The translations under genes were made by a program, and so were the position numbers. From the human T2T-CHM13v2.0 reference genome, Homo sapiens, in the NCBI RefSeq assembly GCF_009914755.1, contig NC_060944.1: a DNA stretch of 64,000 bases, one strand, 5' to 3'. The notes under the pieces are model-generated. The model worked only from the letters and a program-made list of their open reading frames with translations, was not told where the DNA came from and did no database searches. Shown in pieces: positions 25,885-38,053 of this stretch; position 1 is the first letter of the stretch; the number at the start of each line of letters is the position of its first letter.

Positions 25885-26050
25885 CTCCCTTGCTCAAAGT
25901 GTGGTCCACAAACTGGCAGCATCAGCATCAGCATCAGCAGGGAGCTACAGAAAGGCAGAAGCTCAGGTCCCACCTGAAAATATGGAATCCAAGTTTGCAC
26001 TTTAATGAGCACCCAGGGGATCCATCTGTGCATGAGCATTTGAGAAGCAT
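25885..26050. mobile_element. MER5A-type DNA transposon
   Basis: tgctcaaagtgtggtccac..gcagcatcagcatca..tttgagaagca. Confidence 0.7.
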
Positions 26051-26461
26051 GATCCAGGACCGAGTCCTTGCCCTTCCTTCCATGTTCAAATGCATCATCA
26101 CCTAAATCATACACCAAAGTTTCACCATTACAATGTGCCATAGGATGGACAACAATTCAAAACAAATTTTTTCACCTGCTTTTCTGATTTTTGAAAGATA
26201 ACCCTTGTCCATTCACCTATTGGAATGAAGGAAATTGTAGTAGTATGATTGATCACCTATGGGAAGTTGGGAAGAGCAATGGGATCAGTGCATGGACTTA
26301 CCAACTGTAAGAACTTTTAACACATGACTTAACTTCTCTAACTCTCAATTTCTTAATCTGAAACCTACCTCAGAATATTATTGCGAAAACCAAATGAAGA
26401 AATGTATGTGAAAGTGATTTTATAATTAGTTTTGGGGTTTACTACATTATCATGGTTTTCT

Positions 26462-29400
26462 TAAATTTTTTAATTATTTCAATATTTTTGGGGGAACAGG
26501 TGGTGTTTGGTTACATGGACAAGTTCTTTAGTGATGATTTCTGAGATCTTGGTGCACCCATCACCTAAGCAGTGTACACTGTACATATTGTGTAGTCTTT
26601 TATCTCTCACTCCCCTCCTACACTTCCTCTCAAGTCCCCAGAGTCATTCTTGTGCCTTTGCGTCCTTATCGCTTAGTTCTCACTTATGAGTGAGAACAGA
26701 GGATGTTTGGTTTTCCATTCCTGAGTTACTTTACTTAGAATAATGGTCTCCAACTCCATCCAGGTTGATATTAATGCCATTATTTTGTTCCTTTTTATGG
26801 CTTAGTAGTATTCCATGGTGTGTGTGTATATATAGATATAGATATAGATAAAGATATAGATATATAGATATAGATATATAGATATAGATATAGATATAGA
26901 TATAGATATAGATATAGATATAGATATATCCCACATTTTCTTTATCCACTTGTTGGTTGATGGGCATTCAGGTTGGCTCCATATTTTTGCAATTGCAAAT
27001 TGTGCTGCTATAAACATGCATGTGCAAGTATCTTTTACATATAATGACTTATTTTCCTCAGGGTAGATACCCAGTAGTGGAATTACTAGATCGAATGGTA
27101 CTTCCACTCTTAGTTCTTTAAGGATTCTCCATACTGTTTTCCATAGCGGTCGTACCGATTTACATTCCCACCAGCAGTTCCCTTTTCACCACATCCACAC
27201 CAACATCTATTATTTTTTGATTTTTTGATTATGGCCATTCTTGCAGGAGTAAGGTGGTATCACATTGTAATTTTGATTTGCATTTCCATGATAAAAGTGA
27301 TGTTTAGCATTATTTCACATGTTTGTTGCCATTTGTATAACTTCTTTTGAGAGTAGTCTATTCTGTTCTTAGCCCACTTTTTGGTGGGATTATTTGTTTT
27401 CTTCTTGCTGAATTTTTTAAGTTCTTTGTAGATTCCAGATATTAGTCCTTTGTTGGATGCGTAGTTTGGGAATATTTTCTCCCACTCTGTGGATTGTCTA
27501 TTTACTCTGCTGATTATTTATTTTGCTGTGTAGAAGTTTTTTAGTTTAATTAATTTCCATCTATTTCTCTTTGTTTTTGTTGCATTTGCTTTTGGGTTCC
27601 TGGTCTTTGCCTAAGCCAATAGATGAATTTTTCTGATGTTATCTTCTAGAATTTTTATGGTTTCAGGACTTAGTTTTAAGTTTTTGATCCATCTTGATTT
27701 GATTTTTGTGTAAGATGAGAGATAAGAATCCAGTTTCATTCTTCTACATGTGGCTTGCTAATTATCCCACAAACATTTGTTGAATAGGGTGTCCTTTCCC
27801 CACTTGATGTTTTTGTTTGCTTTGTCAAAGATCAGTTGACTGTAAGTACTGGGCTTTATTTCTGGGTTCTCTATTCTGTTCTATTGGTCTACATGCTTGT
27901 TTTCATACCAGTACCATGCTGCTTTGATAACTATAGCCTTGTAGTATAGTCTGAAGTCAAGTAATGTGATACCTCCAGATTTGTTCTTTTTGCTTAGTCT
28001 TGCTTTGGCTATGTGGGCTCTTTTTTGTTTCCATATGAATATTAGGATTTTTTTCTAGTTCTGTGAAGAATTATGATAGTATTTTGATGGGAATTGCATT
28101 AAATTTATACATTGCTTTTGGCAGTATGGTCATTTTCACAATGTTGATTCTACCTGTCCATGAGCATGGGATGTGTTTCCATTTGTTTGTGTCATCAATG
28201 ATTTCTTTCAGTGGCGTTTTGTAGTTCCCTTGTAGAGATCGTTTACCTCTTTGATTAGATATTTTCCTAACTATTTTATTTTTTGCAGCATTGTAAAATG
28301 GGTTGTGTTCTTGATTTGATTCTCAGCTTGGTCACTGTTGGTGTATAGCAGTGCTACTAATTTGTGTACCTTGATTTTGTATCCTGAAACTTTACTGACT
28401 TTATTTATCAGATCTAGCAGCTTTTTGGATGAGTCTTTAGGGTTTTCTAGGTAAACAATCATGTCATCAGCAAACAGTGATGGGAATTGCATTGAATTTA
28501 TAGATTGACAGTTTGACTTCCTCTTTGTCCATTTGAATGCCCTTTATTTCTTTCTCTTGTCTGATTACTCTGGCTAGAACTTCCAGTGCTATGTTGAATA
28601 CAAGTGGTAAAAGTGGGCATCCTTGTCTTGTTCCAGTTCTCAGGGGAATGCTTTCAACTTTTTCCCATTCAGTTTAATGTTGGCTGTGGGTTTGTCACAG
28701 ATGGCTGTTATAACTTTAAGGTATGTCGTTTCTATGCCGATTTTGCTGAGGGCTTTAACCATAAAGGAATGCTGAATTTTGTCAAATGCTTTTTCTGCAT
28801 CTATTGAGATGATCATGTGGTTTTTAATTGTGTTTATGTGGTGCATTACATTGATTGACTTGTGTATGTGAAGCCAGTCCTGCATCCCTGGTATGAAACC
28901 CACTTGATCATACTGTATTATCTTTTTGATATACTGTTGGATTTGTTTCACTAGTAGTTTGTTGAGGATTTTCGCATCTATGTTAATCAGGGATATTGGT
29001 CTGTAGTTTTCTTTTTTTTAAAATTATGTCTTTTCCTGGTTTTGGTATTAGGGTAATTCTGGCTTCATATAATAATTTAGGAAGCATTCCCTCTTTCTCT
29101 ATCTTTTGGAATAGTTTCAGTAGGATTGATACCAACTCTTCTTTGAATGTCTGATAGAATTCAGCTATGAATTCATCTGGTCCTGGGCTTTTTTTGTTGG
29201 CAATGTTTTTATTACTGTTTCAATTTCACTACTTGTTATTGATCTGTTCAGAATTTCTATTTCTTACTGTTTTAATCTAGATGGGTTGTATATTTCCAAG
29301 AACTTATCCATCTCCTCTAGGTTTTCTAGTTTGTGCGCATAAAGGTGTTCATAGTAGCCTTGAATTATCTTTTGTATTTCTGTGGTATCAGTTGTAATAG

Positions 29401-32330
29401 CTCCCATTTTGTTTCTAATTGAGATTATTTGGATCTTCTCTCTTTTCTTGGTTAATCTTGCTAATGGTCTATCAATTTTATCTTTTCAAAGAACCAGCTT
29501 TTTGTTTCACTTATATTTTGTATTTTGTTTGTTCCAATTTTATTTAGTTTTGCTCTGATCTTTGTTATTTATTTTCTTCTGCTGGGTTTGGGTTTGGTTT
29601 ATTCTTGTTTCTGTAGTTCCTTGAGGTGTGAGCTTAGATTGTCTATTTGTGTTCTTTCAGAATTTTTGATGTAGGCATTTAATGCTATGAACTCTCCTTT
29701 AAGCACCAATTTTGCTGTATTACTATTTTCATTCAGTTTGAAAATTTTTTTAATTTCCATCTTGATTTTATTGTTGACTCAAAGATCATTCAGGAGCATA
29801 TTATTTAGTTTCCATGTATTTGTATAGTTTTGAGTGTTCCTTTTGGAGTTAATTTCGAATTTTATTTCACTTTCTCTCAGGTCTGAGAGAGTACTTGATA
29901 TAATTTTGATTTTCTTAAATTTATTGTGACTTGTTTTGTGGCCTAGCATATGATCTTGGAGAATGTCCCATGAGCTGATGAAAAGAATGTATATTCTACA
30001 GTTGTTGGGTAGAATGTTTTGTAAATATCTGTTAAATCCATTTGTTCTAGGGTATAGTTTAAGTTCATTGTTTCTTTGTTGACTTTGTCTTGATGACCTG
30101 TCTAGTGCTGTCAGTGGAGTATTGAAGTCCCCCCCACCCACATTGTTGTGTTGCCATCTATCTCATTTCTAAGGTCTACTAGTAAATGTTTTATAAATTT
30201 GAGAGCTCCAGTGTTAGGTGCATATATATTTAGGATTGTGATATTTTCCTGTTGGACTAATCGTTGTGTCATTACATAATATCCCTCTTTGTCTTTTTTC
30301 ATTGTTGTTGCTTTAAAGTATGTTTTGTCTATATAAGAATAGCTACTCCTGCTCACTTTTGCTTTCCATTTGTATAGAATACCTTTTTTCACCCCTTTAA
30401 GTTTATGTGAGTCCTTATGTGTTAGGTGAGTCTCTTAAAGACAGCAGATATTTGGTTGGTGGATTTTTATCCATTCTGCATCTTTTAAGTGGAAATTTAG
30501 GCCATTTACATTCAACATTAGCATTGAGATGTAAGGTACTGTTCTATTCATCATATTAGTTGTCATCAGAATACCTTGGGTTTTTTTTTCATTGTGTTAT
30601 TGTTTAATAGGCTCTGTGAGATTTATGCTTTAAAGAGGTTCTATTTTGGTATATTTTGAGGGTTTTTTTCAAGATTTAGAACTCCTTTTAGAAGTTCTTA
30701 CAATGCTAACTTAGTAGTGGTAAATTCTCTCAGCATTTGTCTGCAAAAGACTTTCTCCTTCATTTATGAAGGTTGGTTTGCTGGATACAGAATTCTTGGC
30801 TGATAATCATTTTGTTTAAGGAGGCTAAAGATAGGATACCAATCCTTTCTGGCTTGTAGGGTTTCTGCTGAGAAATCTGTTGTTAATCTGATAGGTTTTC
30901 TTTTATAGCTGACCTGATGCTTTTGCCTCACAGCTCTTAAGATTCTTTCCTTCATCTTGACTTTCAATAACTTGATGACTATGTGCCTAGGTAATGAACT
31001 TTTTGCGATAAAATTTCCTGGATGTTCTTGTAGCTTCTTCTATTTGGATGTCTAGATTTCTAGCAAGACTGGGGAAATTTTTCTTGATCTTTCCCTCAAA
31101 TAAGTTTTCCAAACTTTTAGATTTCTCTTCTTCCTCAGGAATACCACTTATTCTTATGTTTGGTTGTTTAACATAATCCCAAATTTCCTGGAGGCTCTGT
31201 TCATTTTTTTAAACTCTTTTTTATTTGTCTTTGTTGGATTGGGTTAATTCAAAAGCCATCTTTTTGGATTCTGAAGTTCTTTCTTCTACTCGTTTGATTC
31301 TATTGTTGAAATTTTCTAGTGTATTTTGCATTTCTCTAAGTATGTCTTTCATTTCCAGAAGTTGTGGTTCTCTTTTCTTTATGGTATCTGTTTATCTGGA
31401 AACTTTTTCATCCATATACTGTATTTTAAAATTTTTCTTTGAGTTGGTTTTCTTCTTTCTCTGGTATCTCTTTGAGTAGCTTAATAATCAATCTTCTGAA
31501 TTTTTTATCTGGCAATTTAGAGATTTATTCTTGGTTTGGATCCATTACTAGAGAGCTAGTGTGATCTTCTGAGAGTGTTATAGAACCCTGTTTTATCATA
31601 TTATCAGAATTACTTTTCTGGTTCCTTCTCATTTGGGTAGACTGTTTCAGTGGGAAGATCTGGAACCCAAGGGCTGCAGTTCAGATTCTTTTGTCCCATG
31701 GGGTGATCCCTTGATATGGTACTCTTCCCCTTCCCCTAAGCATAGGGCTTCCTGAGAGCCAGAATGCAGTGATTGTTGTTGCCCTTCTGGGTGTAGCCTC
31801 TCAAGGACTACGGGGCTCCAGGTTGGTGCTGGGAAAATGTCTGCAAAGAGTCCTGTGATGTGATCCATCTTCAGGTCTCCCAGCTGTGGACAGCAGCACC
31901 TGTTTCAGTGGAGGTGGCAAGGGAGTGAAGTGGGCTCTGTGAGAGTCCTTGGTTGTAATTTTCTTTAGTGTCCTGGCTTTCTTCAATGCTGGTAATACTA
32001 GCAGTGAAGTTGTCACGTGGACAGACTCAATATCTCTGTTTAGCCAGGGTGTTGTAGGCAGTGGAATTAGCTGTTGTTTTCTCCTTCTTTGGAGCAGGGT
32101 TGTTCTGCTATAAGTTGCTGTAAAGACCTGAGTTGGTTGGCATCCAGCCAGGAGGTGGTGCTTTCATGAGAGCATCACTATGGTAGTATAGAGAGGATAT
32201 AAGCTTGTCCTACATTGGCCAGTATTTTGTAAGTACTCGGATTTCTTAGGCAATGGGTGGGGCCGTAGAGCTCCCAAGAGTTTATGTCTTTTGTCTTCGG
32301 CTACCAGGGCCAGTAGAGAAAAACCATCAG
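26462..32330 (-). mobile_element. Near full-length, inactivated LINE-1 (L1PB1/L1PBa-like)
   Basis: Minus-strand remnants of ORF1 (KERILRAVRQKHQV..FSAETLQAR), endonuclease (GDFNTPLTALDRSSRQ) and RT ([14 protein letters not shown]; [14 protein letters not shown]), with many frameshifts and stops. L1PB-type 3' UTR at the left end and 5' UTR-like sequence at the right end. Confidence 0.92.
26818..26929 (+). repeat. (TG)/(TA)/(GATATA)n compound microsatellite in the L1 3' region
   Basis: About 15 gatata units seen directly. Confidence 0.95.
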
Positions 32331-32734
32331 CATCATGGTCCATATGGCCCTGCCCCTACTTGGCCACAAGGGACTGAGCACAGGGTGGATAGCTGGTCCT
32401 CAACCAGCAAGGACCTCTGGCTTCTGTGGCCAAGCTCAAAGTGTGAGTCAGTCATCAGACACCCCATCCCCTGGGGACCCAGACTGCAAAAGCAGGAGTC
32501 TGGGCCCACAAGGGGCAGGAGAGAAGTAAGAGTCACCAGATGGACCATGGGAGACCCTGAGAAGCTTGTGAATATACAGGCTGGTGAGAGGGGACAGGAG
32601 CAGATGCTGCTCTGAGCGACTGTGGGGAGAAGAAGAATCTCTTCCCCTCCACCCTCTGTGGCTTCTAGGTTTGTCCAGGCTCTGTGAGTGCCCTCACCAT
32701 GGCTCTCTTTTCCAGGAAGAAAGTGGAGCACATC

Positions 32735-33101
32735 TGTCTGAGTTTGTTTCAAGTTGCTGTAACAGAAGGCCTCAGACTGGGTAATTTATAAAGAGAAGAG
32801 GTGTATTTTGGTTCATGGTTCTGGAGGCTGGGAAGTCAAAGATTGGGTGGCTGCATCTGTGGGCCTAGAGCTGCATCAGAACATGGCAGAGATGTGAAAA
32901 AGGAAGCAGGTGTGTGCATGTGCCAAGGAGACCCCACAGAATTCCAGTCCAGAGAGCAGCACTCGCTCCTGTGAGAAAGGCCATAACTCCTCTTAACAAG
33001 CTAATCACTTATTAAAAGCCCCACCTCCCAACACTGTCACACTGGGAACCAAGCACCAGCATGAGTTTTGGTGGGGACAAGCCATATTCAAACCATAGCA
33101 A
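32735..33101 (-). mobile_element. MaLR solo LTR, MST-like
   Basis: gttgctgtaacagaa..agactgggtaatttataaag..ggttctggaggctgggaagtc..attcaaaccatagca. Confidence 0.8.
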
Positions 33102-33616
33102 CATCTTTGTATGGTTATGTCACAATGTTTAAACAGAGTTTTGACATTATTCATTATATGTAAGCATGTTTCTCTCACCTCCTCTCTTTCCATCCATCTT
33201 CATAGACCCAGGGAAAGGGAAGAAAGAGAAGAATGGATACCACATTGGAAAAGAAAAATGTGTCACCTAGAAGGCTCCCAGGGGTCACCAAGAGGGAAAG
33301 GTGTTACCCATCCTGTCCGGCCACAGTGGGAAGACGAGGCTGAGGTAGGAAGGAGGAGAGGAGCTTCCTGCCCATAGCCTCTCTCTCCAGGCCAAAGTCC
33401 AGGCTGAGGGGACACCAAGAGCAGAAGGGCATTGGCTTTGCTCCTTTCTTGGACTCCTTGGAATAGCATAGCACACATCCTCCAGCCCAGGCTGCAACAG
33501 TGAATGCCAGACCTGCCCATGGCCAGGAGAGGCACCTGACCAAAAGGACCCAGAGGACAGCAGCAAGCAAACACCAAGGCAAGCCTGAGGCCAGAGCCAC
33601 AAGGTCAAATGAACCC

Positions 33617-34316
33617 AGTTATGGACTGAATTGTGCCCCCTGGATCCGTGTGTTGAAGCACCAACTCCCAATGTGACTGTATGCAGAGATGGGGCCTTGA
33701 AAGAGGTCAGAAGGGTGGGGCCCTAATTCAATAGGTCTTGTGTCTCTGTAAGAGGAGATTAGGACACAGACACATATATGTGAAGACACAGGGAGAAGAT
33801 AGCCATCTGCAAGCCAAAGAGAGAGGCCTCAAGATAAACCAACCTTGCCAACACCCTAATCTTGGACTTCAGCTTCCAGACCTGTGAGAAATAAATTTCT
33901 GTTTAAGCCACCTGTTCTCAGGTACAGTTATCATTTGGTACATAGAAAGGATTGCTTCCAGGACCTCCTGTGGATACCAAAATCCATGGATGCTCAAGTC
34001 CCTTGTATAAAATGGTGAGTACAGTATTTGCGTATAACCTACACACATCCTGCCATATACTTTAAATCATCTCTAGGTTACTTACCATACCTAATACATT
34101 GTAAATGCCCTTAAATAGTTATCTTGTATAATTTAGGCAAGAATGACAAGAAAAAATCTGTACATATTCAGTACAGATGCAACCTACCTTTTTGAAAATA
34201 TATATATTTTTGATCTGCAGTTGGTTGAATCCATGGATACAGAACCCATGGACCTGGAACCCATGGCTGCCAGGGGCCGACTGGATTTTGTTTTGCAGCC
34301 TGAGCAGACCAATGCA
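33617..34316 (+). mobile_element. MaLR solo LTR (MLT1B-like) split by MER2
   Basis: ttatggactgaattgtgcccc..aaataaatttctgtttaagccacc, resuming ttttgttttgcagcc after 34283. Confidence 0.75.
33925..34283. mobile_element. Full-length MER2 DNA transposon
   Basis: Preceded by TA, with cagt...actg termini and the ggataccaaaatccatggatgctcaagtccc core. Confidence 0.85.
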
Positions 34317-37307
34317 ACCCCTACAGCCCCGCCATCCTGGAGAGGTCTGGAAGGGGTTCTGAGAAGGGCTGAGCCATCCGAAGCAGCTGTGTCAATCTCA
34401 AGACCACAGACAGAGCTGCCTGGGACTGGGCTTTCAGGATGCGATGGCAGCAATGCATTTTCCCTGCTGTCCTGCAGGGTAGAGCTTGAAAGACAGCTCA
34501 CAAAATAAAACAGATTTTCTGTCATGCCTAAAGCCAAGATGCCTTCCAACCAAATCATATATGTTATAGGCTTACTTAGGCCACCTCAGAGTCCCTTTTT
34601 AGAACACGGAGGAATACAAGGAGGGAGGGGGGCCAAGGGAGGCCGAGGAGGAAGGAATAGGTTGGCTAGGGAACACTGCCATTCCCTATCCAACCACAAA
34701 GGAATGGAAGTCCAGTAATTTTGAGGTGAAACAGAAAAGCAGAATGCCTGTTTGGGCATTAGGGTGTCCCTTGTGTCTCCTCTCCCATCGGAGCAAATCT
34801 CCAGTATATTCTGAACCCCAGATAGAAATCAGAACTCATTCCATTTCATAGCAAAGATCCTGCACCCCCAACCTCCGTGCCAGCCTATGAGTAACTCAGT
34901 GTATTCTGGTCTCTGGTCTCTCAAGATGTTGAAATGAGCAGCTTGCCCAATCGCATCCCAATGGGCTAAGAAACCTCAGAGTTCTCCTTCGAGACTGATT
35001 TCCTGATTGCACAATCTCTGAGCCAGCAGGCCTCCTATCCATGATAAGACAATGGCCCAGCCCCAGTAGATAGCAGATTGGTTTCTAGGTCCAGGCTGAG
35101 CAATCTCAAATAAGGGCATGGCAGCCAAGGGTGGCTTGGACTTGATGAGGAAGGTCATTCATCCTGATTCTGCAGCTGCTAAGGCACCACAATCAACCGT
35201 TTTTTTTGTTTTGTTTTGTTTTAATCTGCTTAGTGCTTACCAAACTGTGTCTTTTCTCCTCCCAGGCCGGAGGTTCCCAGGAGCAGACCAAGAGAGTCAA
35301 TGTCATGCAGCAAAAGTCTGCAGCACCTCACTGCCCAGGGCTCTGTGCTGGGGTGTGGGGTACAAAGCAGGCTGTGCTGTGACCCCAGACTCAAGAAGCT
35401 CACACGTGGGAGGCCACTGGGAAGCCAGAGAAGAGTCCTCTCTCCTGGACAGACTCCTTTGTCCTCAGTTTCCTTGTTGTAAAATGGTGGTCATAACAGA
35501 TAGTAGAAAAACAGTAACTCCTAGGGTTTTGTGCAAATTAAATAATACATGGAAAGTCCAATAGCTAATAATTTACTGTATACCTCACATAGGTTTACTG
35601 GATGTTGTTGGATTAGCTGTTAATTGAAAAAGTTACATATTCTTCAAAGAAAGAATGAAGGGAGGAAGGGAGGAGGCTGTGCTTTAGAAGTGTATCAGTA
35701 AAATTGGGGCTGCTAAACAGCCAGAGTATGAGAAGGCATATTTGGCGAACACGCCTAATTGTTCAAGGTTGACCATGCAGAATGCAAGTCAATTCCTGGG
35801 GCTGGGGATGGGCCCCCCCAACCCTGGAACACAAAGTCCTGCCCCTGGGAATCTGGAATGGGATCACAGCATTGGGAGTTGAGGGCCAAGTCCTGTCAAT
35901 GATGGCTGCAGAGAAGAGAAGTCCCCAAACCTGTCCAATCCAACTCTTCCTTGAATTCCTCGAGAAGCCCCAACATCTTTTCGATAATTTCCCTTCTTCA
36001 TTCCAACTGCCTCAAGTCAGTTTATTTTGCCCATAGAAAGAAGAAACTGAACTGATGCAGATCCTTAAGGTCTGGTATGTTTAAGTGCTCCCTTTCTTTG
36101 GCACTAGCTAATGTGCAGCAGCAACTATGATGGTGGTAGGTAAGCCAGGCACTGAGGCCAGACTTCCAGCTGGAGCTCCCTCCTCTGGGCATCCCTTTCT
36201 TTACCGTGAAAATCAGAAGGTGGCCCTCTTCTCCCCCAACCCCAGCTTAGCAGGCCTGGATTCTAGGGCTGACACCAAGTTTTGCCAGCAACAAACATAA
36301 ATCCTGTGGGGGAAGGAGGACAGAGGTAGAGAATGTTTTTTCAACAATGGGCACCCCATGAATGCAAGCCTCAGAAATTGCATTTAGATGATATAATTAA
36401 ATGCTTAAAAAAAAAGACAAGAATGAGATCCAGTCATCTTTCCAGATATTTTTCCACTCAATAAAAGTTCAGGATGTACTTTTCTAAGCTCCTTTCCTCT
36501 AAAATGTGTGTATTTTGAAGGAAATGTAGCCCATATGTTGCTTACTCATGCTTCACGCTAAGTGCTCTTGGGGCATATTTACTCAAAGTCCAAAACAACC
36601 TCCATTTGTTTATGTTTTTAAAGAATCTCTCAGAGCTTAAAAACAGGAAGGCTTAGTTGGCCAAGTGCACTCCTTGCAAGTTTTCCACGGGTTGAGGGTT
36701 CAGCATCCATGATGAGATAGAAAGGGCTTCTCAAGTTCATAAAGGTGCATTGACCACCTGAGCCTGGTTGATGAACTGTGAGTTTATTCAGCCCGAGGCC
36801 AGGTCCGTGAGAGGAGCAGCCTGTGCCTAGGAGGGTAAGGATGGGCCAGAACCCTGCTGAGAGTCAGCGCTGGCCCAAAGCCCTGATGAGGGCATTGCCC
36901 TGCAATCCCCAAGTCTACTTCCCAGCCCTGAGTGGAGGACATCTGGGGGGTAGTTCTAGCAAGCCCAGGGCAATGGTTCACTGCAGTAAAGACTGAGAGA
37001 ATTCTATCTTGGCTGGATGACCTCTCCCCTACCAAATGGAAGTGTACAAGGCAGGGAAGAGGCAGCAAGACAGTGGCATTGGGCTAGCAGAAAAGTATGG
37101 CAAGTAGAGGCAGCCTGTGCTGTGCCTTCTGCATCTGCCCTTCTCTAGCCTGAAGACCTGAAGCTTTCCAGGCTCAGTCTCATCGTCTGTAAAATGGGAA
37201 TCATGCATTTACCTTATAAAGATACAAGGATCAGAAATGCACATCCAAAATACCCAGCATAGGACCCGGGGATCCATAACTGGGAACCCTTAGCAGACAA
37301 TATGGGT

Positions 37308-37627
37308 GCAATGGTTAATATTGAGTGTCAACTTGATTGGATTGAAGGATGCAAAGTATTGTTCCCGGGTATGTCTGTGAGGGTGTTTCCAAAGCAGATG
37401 AACATTTGGGTCAGTGGACTGGGAGAGGCAGACCCAGCCTTAATCTTTTTGGGCACCATCTAATCAGCTGCCAGTGCGGCTAGAATAAAGCAGACAGAGG
37501 AATGTGGAAGGACTTGACTGGCCGAGTCTTCCGGCCTTCACCTTTCTCCCACGCTAGATGCTTCCTGCCCTGGAACATCAGATTTCTTCAGCTTTTGGAC
37601 TCTTGGACTTACAGACTAACTAATACA
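37308..37627 (+). mobile_element. ERVL solo LTR, MLT2A-like, internally deleted
   Basis: atggttaatattgagtgtcaacttgattggattgaaggatgcaaagtattgttcc matches the recalled MLT2A 5' end. Confidence 0.85.
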
Positions 37628-37693
37628 GTGACTAATACAGTGGAAGAATCTGGACGGCACGATCCTTGTTAATGCGACCATGGTGGTCACATC

Positions 37694-38053
37694 TGCTGGT
37701 ATGGTCTGAATGGTTTCATTCCCCAAAATTTATATGTTGAAGCCTAATCCCCAGTATAATGGTATTTGGAGGTGGGATCTTTGGGAGGTGATTAGGTCAG
37801 AGGGTGGAGTCCCTGTGATTGGGATTGGTGCCCTAATAAAAGAGACCCCAGAGAGATCCCTCACTCCCCCAACACCATGTGAGGACACTGAGAATATGTC
37901 TGTATGAACCAGAAAGAGAGCCCACAGCAGACACCAAATCTGCAGGTGTCTTGATTTTGGACATCCCAGCCTCTGGAACTGTGGGAAATAAATTTATTTT
38001 GTGTATAAATCACCTAGTCTATGGTATTCTGTTTGAGCAGCCAGACTAAGACA
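37694..38053 (+). mobile_element. MaLR solo LTR, MLT1A-like
   Basis: tatggtctgaatg..ggaggtgggatctttgggaggtgattaggtc..ggaaataaattt..gactaagaca. Confidence 0.8.

Noticed and set aside
26731-31868. ORFs with reverse transcriptase and endonuclease motifs as a novel retroelement system
   Set aside because: They are fragments of an ordinary decayed LINE-1. The same applies to 5347-5607, 46663-49289 and 52570-53039.
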